A stretch of DNA of 64,000 nt from contig QPMI01000132.1 in NCBI GenBank assembly GCA_004431415.1, positions 4,836 to 68,835 of the forward strand. The letters run 5' to 3'. Made by a program: the position numbers and the translations under genes. The notes below the pieces were generated by a model. The model had not been told where the DNA came from. It was given only the letters and a program-made list of their open reading frames with translations, and did no database searches. Positions 60,901 through 64,000 of this stretch are shown in pieces (the stretch's first letter is position 1; each line of letters begins with the position of its first letter). The DNA comes from Cyanophora paradoxa CCMP329 (taxonomy: Eukaryota > Plantae > Glaucophyta).

Positions 60901-63900
60901 CGCCCGCCGCGCCCGCGCCTGCTCGGGGTGCGCCCGGGCCCCCTTCGCGCCGGCCCCGGCCCGACGGGCGGGGCGGCAGCTTCGGACGGGCGCTGGAGTA
61001 CGCCGTTGCGGGCCTGCGGGCGCTCGCCGCCGCCGGCCTCGCCCGCCCCCTCTCGGCCGCTCCCGACGCCGCCGAGGCGCCCCGCGCCGCCGGCGCCGCG
61101 CCGACTGCGCCGCCCGAGCTCGAGGGCGCCGAGTTCGAGCTCACGGTGCCCCCCGCGCCCCTCCCGGCCCCCGCCCCGCCGCCCCTGACGGCCGGCAGCT
61201 CATCCGCGCCGAGGCCGAGTACGTCTTCAAGGCGAGCGCACCTCCGCCTCGCGCGCCCCCGGCCCCCCCACCGCCCCCCTTCCCCCCCCCCCCCCCCCCC
61301 CCCGCCCGCCCCGCCCCCGGCGAGCGGGGGCGGCGCAGTGCAACCTGGAGCTGGCGGAAGCGCTCTTCGAGAGGGCCGCCGCCCTCGCCCGCTCCCGCTC
61401 CGACTCCCTCCGCGGTGCCGCCGCCCCGCCCCCGCCCCCCCGCCCCCTGCCGGGGCGAGACGGGCGGGGGCGGGGGGCCAGTGTACCGGCTGCGGGTGGC
61501 GCTGCTCTCGACGATGCAGCGCTTCCGGGAGAGCTGCGAGGCCGCCCTCGAGGCCCTCGCCGCCTTCTGGGGCCTCCCCGTCGACCTCCGTGCCCCCGCC
61601 GCCCCCGCCCGCCCCGCCCCGGCCGCCGGCTCACGCGCGGGGCGGGGCGGGGCGGGGCCAGGGGCGACGCTGGAGGACTTCGCGCGGGACGTCTCCGCCC
61701 TCGTCGCCGCCCTCGCCGCCCGCTGCCCCGCCGCCGCCCTCGACCCCGCCGCCCCCTCCCCCGCCGCCCTCGCCGCCGCCTTCGCCGCCCTCCCCGCCTG
61801 CGCCTCCGAGGAGACCCCCGAGCTCCTCCGCTTCGGGGCCGAGGCGGCCCTCAGCGCCGCCTACGCGCAGCTGCCGGCCCTCTTCTGCGTCGTGCCGGCG
61901 CGCTGCCTGCTGGCGAGCCTGGAGGCGGGGCGGGCGCCCGAGCAGGCGGTGCTCTTCGGCATCCTGGGCCACACCTGCGCGATCCTCGACGCGCTGCTGC
62001 CCTTCGCGCACCCCTTCGCCGAGCTCTGCGTCCGCTTCGGCACGACGGCGGCGGACGGGCGCCTGCAGGCGCGCTCGCTCTGCTGGGCGGCGATGGCGGG
62101 GGTCTGGGGCCACGCCCTCGGCGCCGCCCTCGAGTTCGCGGAGGCGTGCGTGCCCCTCGCCCTCCAGGTCGGCGACCTCGTCGACGCCTGTGCGCCCCCG
62201 CCCGCCCCGCCGCCCGCCCTCCCGCCTCCCCGACCCGCCCGCCGTCGCAGGCCTCGCCACGAGCATCTCGGTGGGGATCGCCGTGTGGGCCTGCGAGCCC
62301 ATCCCCGCCCTCGAGCGCCGCGGTGCGCCCCGCCCCGCCCGCCCCGCCCCCGCCGCGGCCGCCCCTCAGCCTCGCGCCCCACAGCCGCGGCCGCCATCCA
62401 CCTCCTCCAGTCCTGCAAGCAGGCGCGCCCCGGCCCCGCCGCGGGGCGCCGCGGGGCGCCCCGCGGGGGCTGACGCGAGGCGGCAGGAGCTCTACGCCGT
62501 GCTTGTCCGCGCCCTCGCCGAGTGGCCCCGCATCCTCACACGCGTCCGCCCTCCCGCTCCTCCCGTCCTGCCCCTCCGACCGGCCGGCAGGGCCCCGCGG
62601 CGGTGGAGACGCTGAGCGCGCTGCCGCTGCTGCCCCGGGCGGGGGGCGGGCGGGCGCCCTTTGTTTTCGACGCGGGGCGTTTCGAGCGGCTGCTCGAGAG
62701 CCTCCCCTGCTGGCTCCTCGGCGAGTACGCCGCCGTCACCGTCTGCGCCCTCCTCTCCCTCGGCGACCCCCGCTCCGTGCGCCCCGCCCCCGCCCCCACC
62801 CCCCCGAGCCTGCTCCCCCCTCACCCCGCGCAGGCGTGGCGGGCGGTGGAGCTGCTAGACGCCCGCGGGGTCGACCTCGTGCATGCGCGCACCCCGGTCC
62901 GCGCCCCTCCCCCGCACTCCCCTGACAGGCGGCGCAGCTGCGGGAGTCCTTCTCCAGCTACCAGGACGCCGTCTTCGCCGTCGGCCTCGCCGCCGCCGCC
63001 GTCCGCCCGCACCCCGCACCACGGCCCCTCCCCCTTCCTCCCGGCCGACGCGAGCCGGCGGCAGCGCCTCTCGGAGGGGGGTGCCGAGGCGGAGCTGCAG
63101 GAGCGGCTGGTGGGGCGGCTGGAGGGGAGCGCGGCGCGGTACGGGCCGCTGGCGGCGGCCTCCCCGCGCACCTACGGGCCCCGCCTGCGTCTCCTTGAGG
63201 CCGAGCTCGCCCGCGCCGCCGGCGCCGAGGCCCGCGCCCCGCCCCTCGCCCCGCCCCGCCCTCCCCGAGCCCTCCCGCAGGCGCCGGCCCTGCGGGGTAC
63301 GAGGCGGCGGCGGACGCGGCGGCCGCCGAGGGGTACCACTTCATCGTCGGTCCGCCCCCGCGCCGGCGCCGACGCCGGCCCCCGCGCCGCGCCCGGCCCA
63401 CGGTCGCCGCAGGGGTCGCCTCGGAGCGGGCGGCGTCACTGGCGGGGGCGGCGGGGCTGGAGCGGGCGCGGGGCGGGTACCTGCGCGCCGCCGCCGACGC
63501 GTACGGCGCCTGGGGGGCCGACTGGAAGGCGGCATCTCTCCTCGCGCCCGCCGGGCCCCCTGTCGCCCCGGGCCCCGCCCGGCGGCGCGCCCCGGGCCGG
63601 GGCCGGGGGCGGGGCGGGGCCGCTCGGGGTCGTTCGGGAGCGACGGGCACGGGCCGCTCGGCGCCTCCGCTTCGGCCTCCTTGGGGGCCCCCGCCAGCGT
63701 CCGCCCCGGCCCCGCCGTGCCCCTCCGCCCCGTCGGCCGCCTGAGCGGCGCCTCGCAGCGGCGGCGGCAGTCGGGCGGGGGCGAGTCGAGCTCCGGGCCC
63801 GCCCGCTCCTCCTCCTCCGACGGCGACTCCCTCAACTGGCGCGCCCCCGCGCCCCCGCCCCCGCTCCGACCCCGCTGACGCGCGCGGCGCAGGGACTCGC

Positions 63901-64000
63901 TGGTGCAGGCGTCGCAGTGCCTGCTGAGCGAGGTCCACCTGCCCCGCCTCCTCGAGCGCCTCGTCGCCACCGTCCTCGAGATCGCCGGCGCCCAGCGGTG
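57917..64000 (+). CDS. Multi-exon STK-like + AAA/STAND ATPase + TPR-like + GAF sensor kinase, continuing beyond the window (probably ends in a histidine kinase)
   Basis: SAPELTGRM, IDERTDLYRIGVLLY..GSPPF, LLEKSPAARYQSAFGLLHDL, Walker A ISGPP-GAGKT, Walker B LLSDDIQWID, SGGNPL, FRHDRIQQAA, pre-GAF DSLVQASQCLLSEVHLPRLLERLV..IAGAQR. Confidence 0.85.

Noticed and set aside
49506-63970. Numerous long overlapping ORFs in the ORF track
   Set aside because: Stop-poor GC-rich introns and antisense shadows; only exon fragments are meaningful.

Overview
Very GC-rich eukaryotic DNA with many short (~45-70 nt) introns, many apparently GC-AG. A protist or alga is likely; a glaucophyte such as Cyanophora would fit, but that is inference. 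About 60% of the window is transposable elements. (A) 1-12378: 3' part of a giant Ty3/Gypsy LTR retrotransposon (+), inserted into a Helitron2-like element. (B) 25202-48413: complete giant Gypsy (-) with identical 283-bp LTRs and TSD CGGCC. B contains (C) a Gag-only non-autonomous relative (28761-34395; 300-bp LTRs; TSD GCGAT) and (D) a 603-bp TRIM whose LTRs carry a tRNA-type Pol III A/B-box promoter (43681-44283). Two families of non-autonomous Helitron2/Helentron-like elements are also present. Host genes: a truncated hybrid histidine kinase, a protein with five AP2-like modules, a p25-alpha/EF-hand + TPR protein, a tandem helicase-associated (HA) domain protein, and an STK-like/AAA/TPR/GAF sensor kinase that runs off the window. 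Most notable: a shared, unexplained region of >2,000 aa between Gag and protease in A and B; triplets of tRNA-3'-end mimic (anti-PBS) hairpins upstream of the PPT in both B and C; four internal copies of B's PPT in C; and the tRNA-promoter TRIM. The many single-base frameshifts probably include assembly indels. All domain calls are by-eye motif recognition, not database hits.
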